Assembly (NCBI GenBank): GCA_942493105.1
Contig: OW818668.1
Coordinates: 1,860,001 to 1,892,000, forward strand
Length of the DNA stretch: 32,000 nt
Reading direction: 5' to 3'
Source: an uncultured Erysipelotrichaceae bacterium
Lineage (GTDB): Bacteria; Bacillota_I; Bacilli_A; Erysipelotrichales; Erysipelotrichaceae
Under the pieces are notes generated by a model, which did no database searches, was not told where the DNA came from, and saw only the letters and a list, made by a program, of their open reading frames with translations. The position numbers and the translations under genes are program-made. Position 1 is the first letter of the stretch; each line of letters begins with the position of its first letter. Positions 24,288 through 32,000 of this stretch are shown piece by piece.

Positions 24288-24383
24288 ATGCTTGGTTTAG
24301 CACTAGCAAATTGCATTCATTCCTGTGGGCTTCACGGGCAAGAATTAGATGCTTGTATTCAGATGATGATCAAAGGATTCTAA
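24288..24383 (+). CDS. Possible 31-aa Cys-containing small peptide (MLGLALANCIHSCGLHGQELDACIQMMIKGF)
   Basis: Below the ORF-track size cutoff. A consensus SD, aaggagg, lies at 24275-24281, 6 nt before the ATG at 24288. I recognise no family. Confidence 0.25.
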   Translation: MLGLALANCIHSCGLHGQELDACIQMMIKGF

Positions 24384-24662
24384 CAAACTTACTGCTTCGA
24401 ATTTTGGTGTAATTTAATTTCTTCATCCCTTTTCCCCCTTAAATGGTCCTTGAATTAACACAACCAAGCTTATTGACTAACTACGAAAAAGAGTTTATGC
24501 AGGATAAACTCTTTTTCATATTTGAAAGGAATCACTAACATTCTTAATCAATAAAAAAGCTAGGATTTGATTGCAGTAGTAAAGTAAAAGTAGACATTAA
24601 GAAAAGACAAGTTCTTTGATTAAAGTCTACTTTTTTCATATTCTATAAACAGGAGGAGACGT

Positions 24663-24779
24663 ATGGGAAGAAATAAAGGCGGAACAAACAGAAGATATAG
24701 TGTGGAAGACAAATTAGAGATTATAAAGCGGTATATAGATCAACATGAATCTCAAAGTGATCTGTGGATGAGAGCGTAA
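24663..24779 (+). pseudogene. Truncated IS3-family OrfA-like (HTH transposase) N-terminal stub
   Basis: SD aggagg lies at 24652-24657. The product is MGRNKGGTNRRYSVEDKLEIIKRYIDQHESQSDLWMRA*. The N-terminal 33 aa look like an IS3/IS150 OrfA. The reading frame ends where the IS256-like element begins. Confidence 0.5.
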
Positions 24780-26110
24780 AATGGTATGTGGGAATTCGAA
24801 ATTAATTAAAATAAAGGGACATATCTACTAGGATAAAGTTACGACACTAACCCAAGGAGAGTTGCCCATGTCCAATTCTACCTTAGATTTATTCAAATTA
24901 CTATCCTCGCCAGAGGAATTACGGGAGTCAATTCGCCAGATGGTTCAAGCAGCGATGAATGATCTGATGAAAGTAGAGTTGGATTCTGTCTTGGGTTATC
25001 AGAAATACAGCCGTAAAACTGAAGGCAGTGATAACTGCCGAAACGGAAGTTATCAGCGCACTTTCGATACTGAATATGGGTCTGTCGAACTGAACGTCCC
25101 CAGAGATCGAAAGAATGAATTCAATACTGCTCTGTTTGATGCTTACCAACGACGCAGTCATTGGTTGGAAGACATGGTGATCGCACTCTATCAGACAGGA
25201 TCTACGACCTCTGAGATCTGTGAGCTGATTGAGAAGTTGTATGGCCACCACTACACTAAGTAGACCATCAGTAATATTACCGAAGCGACTCAGGAGCTGG
25301 TGGAGCGCTTCAATCAGAGAGCGCTCAAGACGCGTTATAGTATCCTGTATATCGATGCCATCTTTACGAAGATTCGCCGTTCTACGGTCTCTAGTGAGGC
25401 GGTATACCTGGTTTTAGGTATTGATGAGGAAGGAAAACGAGAGATTTTGAGTTATTGTATAACGTCTCACGAATCCAGTGAGATCTGGAAGGATGTCTTT
25501 GAAGATCTCAGGAACCGAGGTGTGAAAGAAGTCTTACTGGGCGTCGTGGATGGATTGAAGGGATTAGATGAATCCTTCCTGAGTTATATCCCGAAGGCAG
25601 ATATCCAGCGTTGCACGGTTCACTTTATGCGTAATATCTGTAAGCGCGTTAGAGTTCAGGATCGTCTTGAGGTGGCCACAAATCTGAAAGAAATCTTCGC
25701 CAGTCATTCTGAAGCTCAAGCCTTAGAACGCTGTGAAGCGATGAAACGGAAGTGGAAGAAAGTCTATCCAAAGTTATTCGAAGATTACCTCAACCGGTCA
25801 AATATGTTTACTTACTTCAAGTATCCAAAGATGATTTGGGGATCAATCCGAACTACCAACAAGTTGAAAACACGAATAAGCAGCTGAAGCGTCAAATTAA
25901 GAAGAAGGAACAGTTTCCTAACGAAGGCTCCGCTGAATGCTTTCTGGTCAACTTATTTACGATCCAAAATGAGAAGCTGTCTGGTAGAATCATGAAGGGA
26001 TTTGAATTGGCTTACCCACGATTATCTGAAATGTTTGAAGAAAGAAGTGATTATTCTGGAAGTTCCCTATGAAAAAACACAACTTTCTTTACACTCCCAT
26101 TTGCACACTT
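24780..26110 (+). mobile_element. IS256-family insertion sequence, inactivated (boundaries approximate)
   Basis: It contains the Mutator/IS256-type transposase reading frames. The candidate imperfect terminal inverted repeats are gtaaaatggtatgtg (left, ~24775-24790) and acactcccatttgcac (right, ~26091-26106). They match only partially, so the ends are uncertain. Confidence 0.55.
24868..26072 (+). pseudogene. IS256-family (Mutator-type) transposase pseudogene: one in-frame TAG and one frameshift
   Basis: The three track ORFs 24862-25263, 25300-25887 and 25752-26072 join into one transposase (..NGSYQRTFDTEYGSVELNVPRDRKNEF.. / ..YSILYIDAIFTKIR..VYLVLGIDEEGKREIL.. / ..VENTNKQLKRQIKKKEQFPNEGSA..). 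The first two are in the same frame, separated by TAG at 25261-25263. The third needs a 1-nt shift near 25860 (IRTTN|QVENTN). Confidence 0.85.
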
Positions 26111-26270
26111 TTTTTGATGAAAGATAAATCTAATCATGTAACTCACGTCGGCTATCAACCAAGAACGCTTAATTAAAAGTGATTTTGCCGACTTTATGGC
26201 TTATAAACTTTATGCAATAGATCGGCCCTTCTTCTGATAGATTCTTGAATAGTGATCGAGGATGATATTT

Positions 26271-27674
26271 CTATTTACTCCTTTTATTCTTGCTAGATTT
26301 CTGATCATACATTCTGGTGTCTGCCACATTAATCAAATCGCTTGATGTTTGCCCATCTTTTGGATATGCAGCTATCCCATAACTAAATGAATATTTTAGT
26401 TCTATCGGTATTTGAGTCAAATCATTAATTGCTGGTTCCAAAGTAATTTGTGCTAATCTTTGTTCAATCTCTTCAGGTTCACAATGTAGAAAAACAGCAA
26501 TGAATTCATCACCACCAAAACGAGCTACAATATCACTCCGGCGTACAAGTTTTTGGAGCGTCTTCGCTAATGCCTTGATGATAAGATCTCCAGCAAGGTG
26601 ACCCTGATTGTCATTAACTATCTTTAAATTATCCAGATCGAACATTGCCAAACAAAAACGCTCATCGTACCGTTTAACTCTCTCAAGTATTCCATTAAAA
26701 TTCTCAACAAAAAAGTGACGATTATACAAGCCGGTCATGTGATCTGTAAGGGTTTGATTGGATCTTTCTAAAAAGGTTAGTTGATTCGATATAATTGTCT
26801 GGATATTGTCTCTTATAAAACGCATAACAATCAGGTCATTTTCGTCGTAAGCGTTGAATTGATTAGAATCAATCCCCAAGGTCCCATAAAGTGAGTCTTT
26901 ATAATAAATTGGTGCAACAATGGCTGATTTGATTATTGATACTTCGCCGGTGTTTGATTTGATCGGATAAATTTTGTAATTTGTACTTAAGTCGTTGATC
27001 ATAACCAAGTCATCCATTTTTCCATTTGTTGATTGATACAAAAATGAATCAGTTATGGGTAGAAGGAAATTATCGATGTCACTGCTATAACCTATGTTTG
27101 AGATGATTTTGAAATAATTCCCCTGAACAACAAATACGGCCCCAAAATGCCCGTTTTTAAATACTTTGATTGCTTCAGTGAGCACTAGAGATAAGGTTTT
27201 CCCTATGTCATCACCGATATCAATCGCATTATTCAACTTTAATAGTGCTAAGCTAACCTGTGTAATCTTCTCATAAGCTGATAGACCGCCTTGAAAAGCA
27301 GTTGATTTCGATAATACAAATAGTACAGCTTGATAGTTTAGATATACAACGTTAATTTTGCGAACCAAGTAATCATATTTGATGTCTTGATGTAATAAAA
27401 CTAAACTAAACTCGGACAATTCAGTTTGCAAGAAGTTGGTTTTCAATATATTAAGTACATTTTGATGACCAAACCGATCAAATTCATGAATAAATCGATC
27501 ACTTAAAAATAAGGGATCGACGATATTTAAAGATACAACAACCAAAGATTCCTCAAATAAAGGATCGATGGTTTTTAAAAATACTTCGCTAACCTCAACA
27601 TACTCGACCTTATTGCGATCAAATCTATTATCGGATCTAAAACTTTGTTCACTCATGGGTTTATCATAACGCAT
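26271..27674 (-). CDS. GGDEF-domain diguanylate cyclase with N-terminal sensor region (GAF-like)
   Basis: The C-terminal part is DHMTGLYNRHFF..FDLDNLKIVNDNQGHLAGD..RFGGDEFIAVF. The track ORF begins with TTG at 27722, inside the T-tract of the upstream terminator. The ATG at 27674 (MRYDKPMSEQ) or 27656 is more plausible. Confidence 0.85.
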   Translation of the reverse strand: MRYDKPMSEQSFRSDNRFDRNKVEYVEVSEVFLKTIDPLFEESLVVVSLNIVDPLFLSDRFIHEFDRFGHQNVLNILKTNFLQTELSEFSLVLLHQDIKYDYLVRKINVVYLNYQAVLFVLSKSTAFQGGLSAYEKITQVSLALLKLNNAIDIGDDIGKTLSLVLTEAIKVFKNGHFGAVFVVQGNYFKIISNIGYSSDIDNFLLPITDSFLYQSTNGKMDDLVMINDLSTNYKIYPIKSNTGEVSIIKSAIVAPIYYKDSLYGTLGIDSNQFNAYDENDLIVMRFIRDNIQTIISNQLTFLERSNQTLTDHMTGLYNRHFFVENFNGILERVKRYDERFCLAMFDLDNLKIVNDNQGHLAGDLIIKALAKTLQKLVRRSDIVARFGGDEFIAVFLHCEPEEIEQRLAQITLEPAINDLTQIPIELKYSFSYGIAAYPKDGQTSSDLINVADTRMYDQKSSKNKRSK

Positions 27675-27720
27675 TTCTGATAAAAGTACACATTTTCTAG
27701 TTCTACTTTCGAGAATATAC

Positions 27721-27766
27721 AAAAAAATAGAACCGACAGCGTTTATAGGGGTAACGTTGTCGGCTC
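27721..27766 (-). terminator. Strong rho-independent terminator (minus strand)
   Basis: The minus strand reads GCCGACAACGTT-acccctata-AACGCTGTCGGT, with 11 of 12 positions paired, followed by tctattttttt. Confidence 0.7.
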
Positions 27767-27922
27767 ACAAATACTACATCATCTCATCCCATGCCGTAAA
27801 TACACCAATTCAGGAAAAGCGCTAAGTGAATTTACTTCATAAAAGGGGATGAGAAATAGCGCTAGATTCTATGTCCACTATATCACTGGTTTACCGAATA
27901 TCACATCTGTTTCTCATAATTA

Positions 27923-28790
27923 CTATTGTTTGGCTTTATCTCTTGAAAGTTCCTCCCACCTGGTTATAATCACGTCCATATATCTCGGATCCAGTTTCAT
28001 CGCATAGCATTTCCGCTCTAATCGAAATGCAACTATGAGTGTTGAGCCAATGCCTGCGAAGGGTTCGTAGACGAGTTGACCCTTTATGCTAGAGTTCTTA
28101 ATCAGCTTTCCAATGAGCGGGATGCGCTTCATCGTTGGATGCAGATTACTTTTAAGCGGCTTATTTTCATAGAGGACGGTAGATTGCTGATCATCCATGA
28201 TCTTCTTGAGGATCTCAACGAGTTCTTCTTTCTTCATCTTCTCAATACTTTGAGTTTCGTCAAACACGGTGGCCTGGATCCGGTCATCCACGAATTAATG
28301 ACCTACCCCTTCCTTCCAACCATACAAAATCGGCTCATTTCTCAAGTGGTAATCATGCCGGTTGAGGTTGAACGAATTTTTCAACCAAATCAAATTCTTG
28401 GAGAATTTGAATCCGGCTTTCTGGAAGGCATAATCGAAGCTCAGTCGCTCAACATCACTATGTAAGACATAGATGACTCCATCGATCTTCAGGTGTTCAT
28501 ATGCGTGCGTATACATGGCTAAGATGAAATGATAGAAGTTGTTGCTGTACATGTGATCGTTGAGGATCTCATTATTCTTCCTTTGGCCATTTTTGAACAT
28601 CTTGTGGTAGTCAATCTTGTTTTCGTAGTTGACGTTGTATGGAGGATCAGTAACGATCAAGCCAGCCAGCAATCTTTACATCAGCATCAATTCATCGTTT
28701 GGATCAGTGCTATCGCCATACATCAACCGATGCTCACCGAGCTGATAGATACAGCCTCTTTTTGAATTCGGTTCCTCTATTGAGTAAATA
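27923..28790 (-). pseudogene. Beta-class (DPPY..FxGxG order) DNA N6-adenine/N4-cytosine methyltransferase pseudogene, two in-frame TAA stops and no start codon
   Basis: One continuous minus-strand frame reads ..KRGCIYQLGEHRLMYGDSTDPNDELMLM*RLLAGLIVTDPPYNVNY...ILYGWKEGVGH*FVDDRIQATVF..HPTMKRIPLIGKLIKNSS..VYEPFAGIGSTLIVAF..LDPRYMDVIITRWEE. The stops are at 28676-28678 and 28295-28297. No ATG lies upstream of KRGCIYQLGEHRL. Confidence 0.8.
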
Positions 28791-28907
28791 TGGAGGCTGT
28801 TCCCAAAATCATAGATAATCCCGATGTAAACATGATGTTACAGGTCTATTCTCGCATTCACAAAGAATCTGAAGAAAATTGAACAATATACAAAATAAGT
28901 AGTTTGT

Positions 28908-30071
28908 CTATTTTGCCATTTGGTAAACATCTATAATTGAACTATAGAAATGATCTAAATCATACTCTCTAGATTTCTTGTATGACATTTTAAGCATCTC
29001 ACTTTTTTCGTTCTCAGACATATTTCCATAGTATTCAAGTTTCTCAGCTAGCTCATTACTATTCTTAAAATAGAATCCTGTTTCGTTTTCTATAACTACA
29101 TCTTTTAATGCGGGATCTTCTCTCGCGAATAATGGGAGTCCACATGCCGCTGCCTCTACAAAAGTCATCCCTTGAGTTTCAGTTATTGATGGGGAGACGA
29201 AAACGTCAGCTGCCGAGTAATATCTTGCTACTTCAGACATTTCGACTTTTCCTACGAATAGTATGCTATTTTTCAAGTGTTCATCAATGCCGAACTTTAA
29301 ACTTTGTAAACTTGGACCATCCCCAACAATTAGCAATTTCGATGGTAGAATTGCTTGGTTAATTTTTTTGAAACCCTCAATCAAAAGCTCAATACTCTTT
29401 TCCGGCGCAACTCTTCCGACATAAATGATTAAAAGTTCATTGCTTTTTACTCCGAATGATTTTCTAATTTTCTGAATATCCTCATAGTCAGTACTTGATC
29501 TGTAAAAGGTATCAACATCTAGACCGGTTGGAACAACGAATATTCTTTTTGACACTCCGTAATTAATCAACATATTTCTGGTTTTTCTCGATGGAGTGAT
29601 TACAGCATTGCATTTATTACAAAGTTTTTTACTAACCTTCTCAACCGCAAGCCTTCCCACTTTATCAACCCAATTGAGCTTAAGTGGATTGATATAGTTG
29701 GTATAACTTTCAAATTCCGTATGGTAAGTAAATACAACCGGAATACCTAATTTACGTCCGCATCTTCTACCAAAAAGACCTACTCCAAAATCAGTATTTA
29801 CATGAATGATATCAAGACTTAATAATCTCACTAACTCGAATGCTTTTCTTTGAATAGGGCTCGAAGCTACATACCCATATAATGCCTTGATCTTTATACC
29901 AGGTAATCTTAAAACTCTATCTTTATTTTCAATTCTTAAAATACTTGGATGATTAGTAATAATAAATACTTCATGATTATTCGATTCAAGTGTTTGCTTT
30001 AGTGACTTAACTGATCGAACAACACCATTTACGTCTGGATCGTATGTATCCGTAAATATTCCGATTCTCAT
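28908..30071 (-). CDS. GT4 glycosyltransferase, 1,2-diacylglycerol 3-glucosyltransferase (alMGS)-like glycolipid synthase
   Basis: 387 aa. The N-terminus MRIGIFTDTYDPDVNGVVRSV is typical of the Acholeplasma/Firmicutes monoglucosyl-DAG synthase group. The C-terminal GT4 E-x7-E region is ETQGMTFVEAAACGLP. Confidence 0.75.
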   Translation of the reverse strand: MRIGIFTDTYDPDVNGVVRSVKSLKQTLESNNHEVFIITNHPSILRIENKDRVLRLPGIKIKALYGYVASSPIQRKAFELVRLLSLDIIHVNTDFGVGLFGRRCGRKLGIPVVFTYHTEFESYTNYINPLKLNWVDKVGRLAVEKVSKKLCNKCNAVITPSRKTRNMLINYGVSKRIFVVPTGLDVDTFYRSSTDYEDIQKIRKSFGVKSNELLIIYVGRVAPEKSIELLIEGFKKINQAILPSKLLIVGDGPSLQSLKFGIDEHLKNSILFVGKVEMSEVARYYSAADVFVSPSITETQGMTFVEAAACGLPLFAREDPALKDVVIENETGFYFKNSNELAEKLEYYGNMSENEKSEMLKMSYKKSREYDLDHFYSSIIDVYQMAK

Positions 30072-30094
30072 ACTTGTTCCTCCTGGTTATCAAC

Positions 30095-30691
30095 CTAACT
30101 TATCATTGCCACTCTAAACTTGTCGTAAATAATATCGCCTAATTTCATACTAGTTACAAACATAATGAATGAACCTTCATAGACTTTCTTTGTTTTGTTA
30201 GTTCTCGCGAAATCGTAGGGTTTTAAAAGCTCAATAGGTTTGTCGAAGCTAATAATCCCAGCATTCTGAAGTATCTCGCCAACGAATTGAGAGCAGAAGT
30301 ATGCATTTTTTCGCTTAATTGGATAGTTTACCACAAATCCTGCAAACCCAACAATGTTGTACTTGAAGTTAGCTTTGCTGTATTTAAACCTTCCAACTTC
30401 ATCTTCCAATTGCTTGTATTGAAGTTCAGTAACGTCAAGCTTCAGAATAAGACACTTTGTCTTCTCAAAATGATCATAAACTTTAGTTTCAAACTCATTT
30501 ACAAATCCCCCAATTACGGGGTTCCTCTTCTTTAGCCTTCCGAAACTGTATATCTCAGTAAAATCATCATTTAGCACCAGGGACACATGATTATAAGGCT
30601 CATTTGTGAACAGTCTTATTGATCTTGACAATAAACTTCTAGTATTAGTCAACAAGATGTAAACGACTTTATCATCGTTTTTCATTATCAA
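30095..30691 (-). CDS. Permuted papain-like (NlpC/P60 superfamily, YiiX/C92-like) protein
   Basis: 198 aa. The His-containing segment (EPYNHVSLVL) precedes the Cys segment (AYFCSQFVGEIL), as in permuted papain-fold amidases. The start overlaps the DegV stop by 4 nt. Confidence 0.45.
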   Translation of the reverse strand: MIMKNDDKVVYILLTNTRSLLSRSIRLFTNEPYNHVSLVLNDDFTEIYSFGRLKKRNPVIGGFVNEFETKVYDHFEKTKCLILKLDVTELQYKQLEDEVGRFKYSKANFKYNIVGFAGFVVNYPIKRKNAYFCSQFVGEILQNAGIISFDKPIELLKPYDFARTNKTKKVYEGSFIMFVTSMKLGDIIYDKFRVAMIS

Positions 30692-31557
30692 ATGGACTTT
30701 TTTCTAATGTACGAAATCACAAGTGTTCCGGGACCAGAATGACTTCCGATAACTGGGCCAAGATCGTTTAAAAAAATGTTTGAAGATTTCAATCTCATTT
30801 TGACGCGGTCACGTAGATCTGATGCCTCAGCGTAACAATCAGCATGATTGATAAAAATTGTCAAATCTAAACTTTCATCAATTTCTTCAACAACAGAATC
30901 AAAAAGAAAATTTATCGATTTTTTTCGACCCCTTACTTTTCCGAATGGAACTAATGCCCCAATCTCATTAATTTCAAGTATCGGCTTAACTTCAAGCAAA
31001 TAACCGAAAGCTGCGCTCGTTGCAGAGAGGCGACCGCCTCTTCTTAGATATTCAAGACTGTCAACTGTAAATATCGTCCTGATCTTTTTCTTTTCTTCTT
31101 CCAACAACTCAATCATTTCACCAAATGTTTTACCTTCTTTCAGAAACGATACAGCTTTGTGCACCAATAAACCTTGACCCGAGGAAGCCTGCCTAGAATC
31201 AATAATCGCTATATCCGCATCTGGATAGGATTCCAAAATACTTTTTCTAGCGAGACAAGCACTATTGTATGAACCACTTAAGGCGGATGAAAAACTAATG
31301 TAAACTACATCGGACCCTTCCTTTATGCACTTTAAGAATTCAATTTCAAACACTGATGGAGGAATAAGAGTTGTGGTTGACATCGAGCCAGATCTTAATT
31401 TCTTATAAAACTCCGAGTTTGAAAGTGTTTTAACAAAATCGTCTACATAGTCGGTTCCATCAATGGAATAATGAAAAGGGATAATTTCAATTTGGTTCTC
31501 TTTAAAATACTCAGGGGGAAGGTCGCAATTCGAATCTGTGATTAATTTTAGTTTCAC
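30688..31557 (-). CDS. DegV family fatty-acid-binding protein
   Basis: 289 aa. It has the typical DegV start (MKLKLITDSNCDLP), S-G-S/T motifs (SSALSGSYNSA) and typical length. Confidence 0.85.
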   Translation of the reverse strand: MKLKLITDSNCDLPPEYFKENQIEIIPFHYSIDGTDYVDDFVKTLSNSEFYKKLRSGSMSTTTLIPPSVFEIEFLKCIKEGSDVVYISFSSALSGSYNSACLARKSILESYPDADIAIIDSRQASSGQGLLVHKAVSFLKEGKTFGEMIELLEEEKKKIRTIFTVDSLEYLRRGGRLSATSAAFGYLLEVKPILEINEIGALVPFGKVRGRKKSINFLFDSVVEEIDESLDLTIFINHADCYAEASDLRDRVKMRLKSSNIFLNDLGPVIGSHSGPGTLVISYIRKKSI

Positions 31558-32000
31558 TATGTTAACTCCTTGGCTTTCATTTTGTTACGACTTAGGTCAG
31601 ATTTTCTCTTAATTTCATCAGCTACCTCTGCCCAATCAATCGATGCTTTTTTACACTTATCACATAGATCGCTAACATCTTCGGGATGTAGCATCTCTGT
31701 AGACCTGGCACCAGATTGTTTTACCATCATTTCCAGTTTTTCCGGATTATCAAGCAGGGGGCAAGGTCTTAAGTGGTTTTGATTGAATGGTTGATTTCTA
31801 TAATACTGCATAAAAAGCGGTGATTTATATGCCTGAAGTAATGTTTTTGAATTGATATTTGAATCAGAGTAATGAATAAAAGCACACGGTTCAATGTCAC
31901 CGTTAGCATTAATGTGCAGATAGCTTCTTCCTCCGGCTATACAACCCTGGACAAACTCACCATCATTCCAAAAGTCCATTGTAAACAAGGGCTTTTCGTT
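31557..32000 (-). CDS. Radical SAM protein, C-terminal part with auxiliary Cys-rich (SPASM/twitch-like) region; gene continues beyond window end
   Basis: The frame is open to base 32000 (NEKPLFTMDFW..). It contains CIAGGRSYLHINANGDIEPCAFIHY and ..LRPCPLLDNPE.., which are typical of the C-terminal half of radical SAM maturases. The N-terminal CxxxCxxC is outside the window. Confidence 0.6.
   Translation of the reverse strand, partial: NEKPLFTMDFWNDGEFVQGCIAGGRSYLHINANGDIEPCAFIHYSDSNINSKTLLQAYKSPLFMQYYRNQPFNQNHLRPCPLLDNPEKLEMMVKQSGARSTEMLHPEDVSDLCDKCKKASIDWAEVADEIKRKSDLSRNKMKAKELT

Noticed and set aside
23938-24412. Track ORFs 23938-24201 and 24155-24412 (+)
   Set aside because: These are AT-rich low-complexity translations that run across cassette C and its hairpins, with no SD at their starts. 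Only the internal 31-aa frame with a strong SD is kept, as a low-confidence candidate.
24928-25417. Track ORFs 24928-25251 (-) and 25229-25417 (+)
   Set aside because: They are alternative-frame or antisense ORFs inside the IS256-family transposase pseudogene.
27781-27855. Long-range inverted repeat tctcatccc ... gggatgaga between the terminator and the methyltransferase pseudogene
   Set aside because: The 9-bp arms are separated by about 55 nt in a short intergenic stretch. There is no second copy and no associated feature, so it may be fortuitous.
25261-28678. Idea that in-frame TAG/TAA codons reflect stop-codon reassignment or programmed readthrough
   Set aside because: TAA and TAG terminate many intact neighbouring genes at sensible lengths. 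The affected genes are an IS transposase that also has a frameshift and a methyltransferase that also lacks a start codon. Ordinary pseudogenisation is the simpler explanation.
28076-28765. Plus-strand ORFs 28076-28465 and 28529-28765
   Set aside because: They are antisense to the methyltransferase pseudogene, whose minus-strand frame carries all the methyltransferase motifs.
29108-31782. Plus-strand ORFs 29108-29362, 30287-30535 and 31570-31782
   Set aside because: They are antisense shadows within the GT4, papain-like and radical SAM genes.
10207-32000. Search for the intact partner tRNA, an integrase/recombinase, a reverse transcriptase or cas genes
   Set aside because: I found none on either strand by eye: no second copy of tggtgcccgggg, no T-loop ggttcgaatcc-type sequence, and no R..H..R..Y, YxDD or RuvC-like ORFs. 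Retron, CRISPR, DGR and classical integrative-element calls are therefore not made.

Overview
Low-GC bacterial chromosome segment, read under the standard genetic code. The gene content looks Firmicutes/Mollicutes-like (Acholeplasma- or Erysipelotrichia-like), but that is inference only. There are three blocks. (1) 1-10.0 kb is a minus-strand sugar-utilisation locus: a GH2 beta-galactosidase (partial), a galactokinase-family kinase, aldose 1-epimerase, a GT28/UgtP-like protein, a GH36-type alpha-galactosidase, a GPH symporter and a TetR regulator. A divergent membrane-anchored polysaccharide-deacetylase-like gene follows. (2) About 10.2-26.2 kb is an accessory, defence-type island. Its left edge is a 17-nt tRNA 3'-end fragment next to a terminator. 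It holds a small coiled-coil membrane protein plus a 4-TM protein, and a 622-aa protein with a C-terminal NERD/PD-(D/E)xK-like motif plus a 254-aa unknown. It also holds an Ltp-type lipoprotein (superinfection-exclusion family), a clear MmeI-family type IIL restriction-modification enzyme, and an XRE repressor divergent from a GC-rich 499-aa protein (five treble-clef zinc-ribbon repeats around a Vsr/DUF559-like nuclease core) followed by an 82-aa ORF. Next comes about 2.6 kb that is almost ORF-free, with three copies of a conserved cassette whose hairpin covaries and one HTH gene. The island ends in IS debris: an IS3 OrfA stub and an IS256-family transposase with a nonsense codon and a frameshift. 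(3) 26.2-32 kb carries a GGDEF cyclase, a DNA methyltransferase pseudogene with two in-frame stops, and a minus-strand lipid/glycolipid cluster: a GT4 alMGS-like glycosyltransferase, a permuted papain-like protein, DegV and a partial radical SAM protein. No CRISPR array, rRNA, intact tRNA, reverse transcriptase or integrase was seen. The best candidates for something undescribed are the XRE / 5x zinc-ribbon nuclease / 82-aa module, the covarying-hairpin cassettes, and the two uncharacterised gene pairs beside the MmeI-like enzyme. Every family assignment comes from motif reading by eye; no database search was possible.
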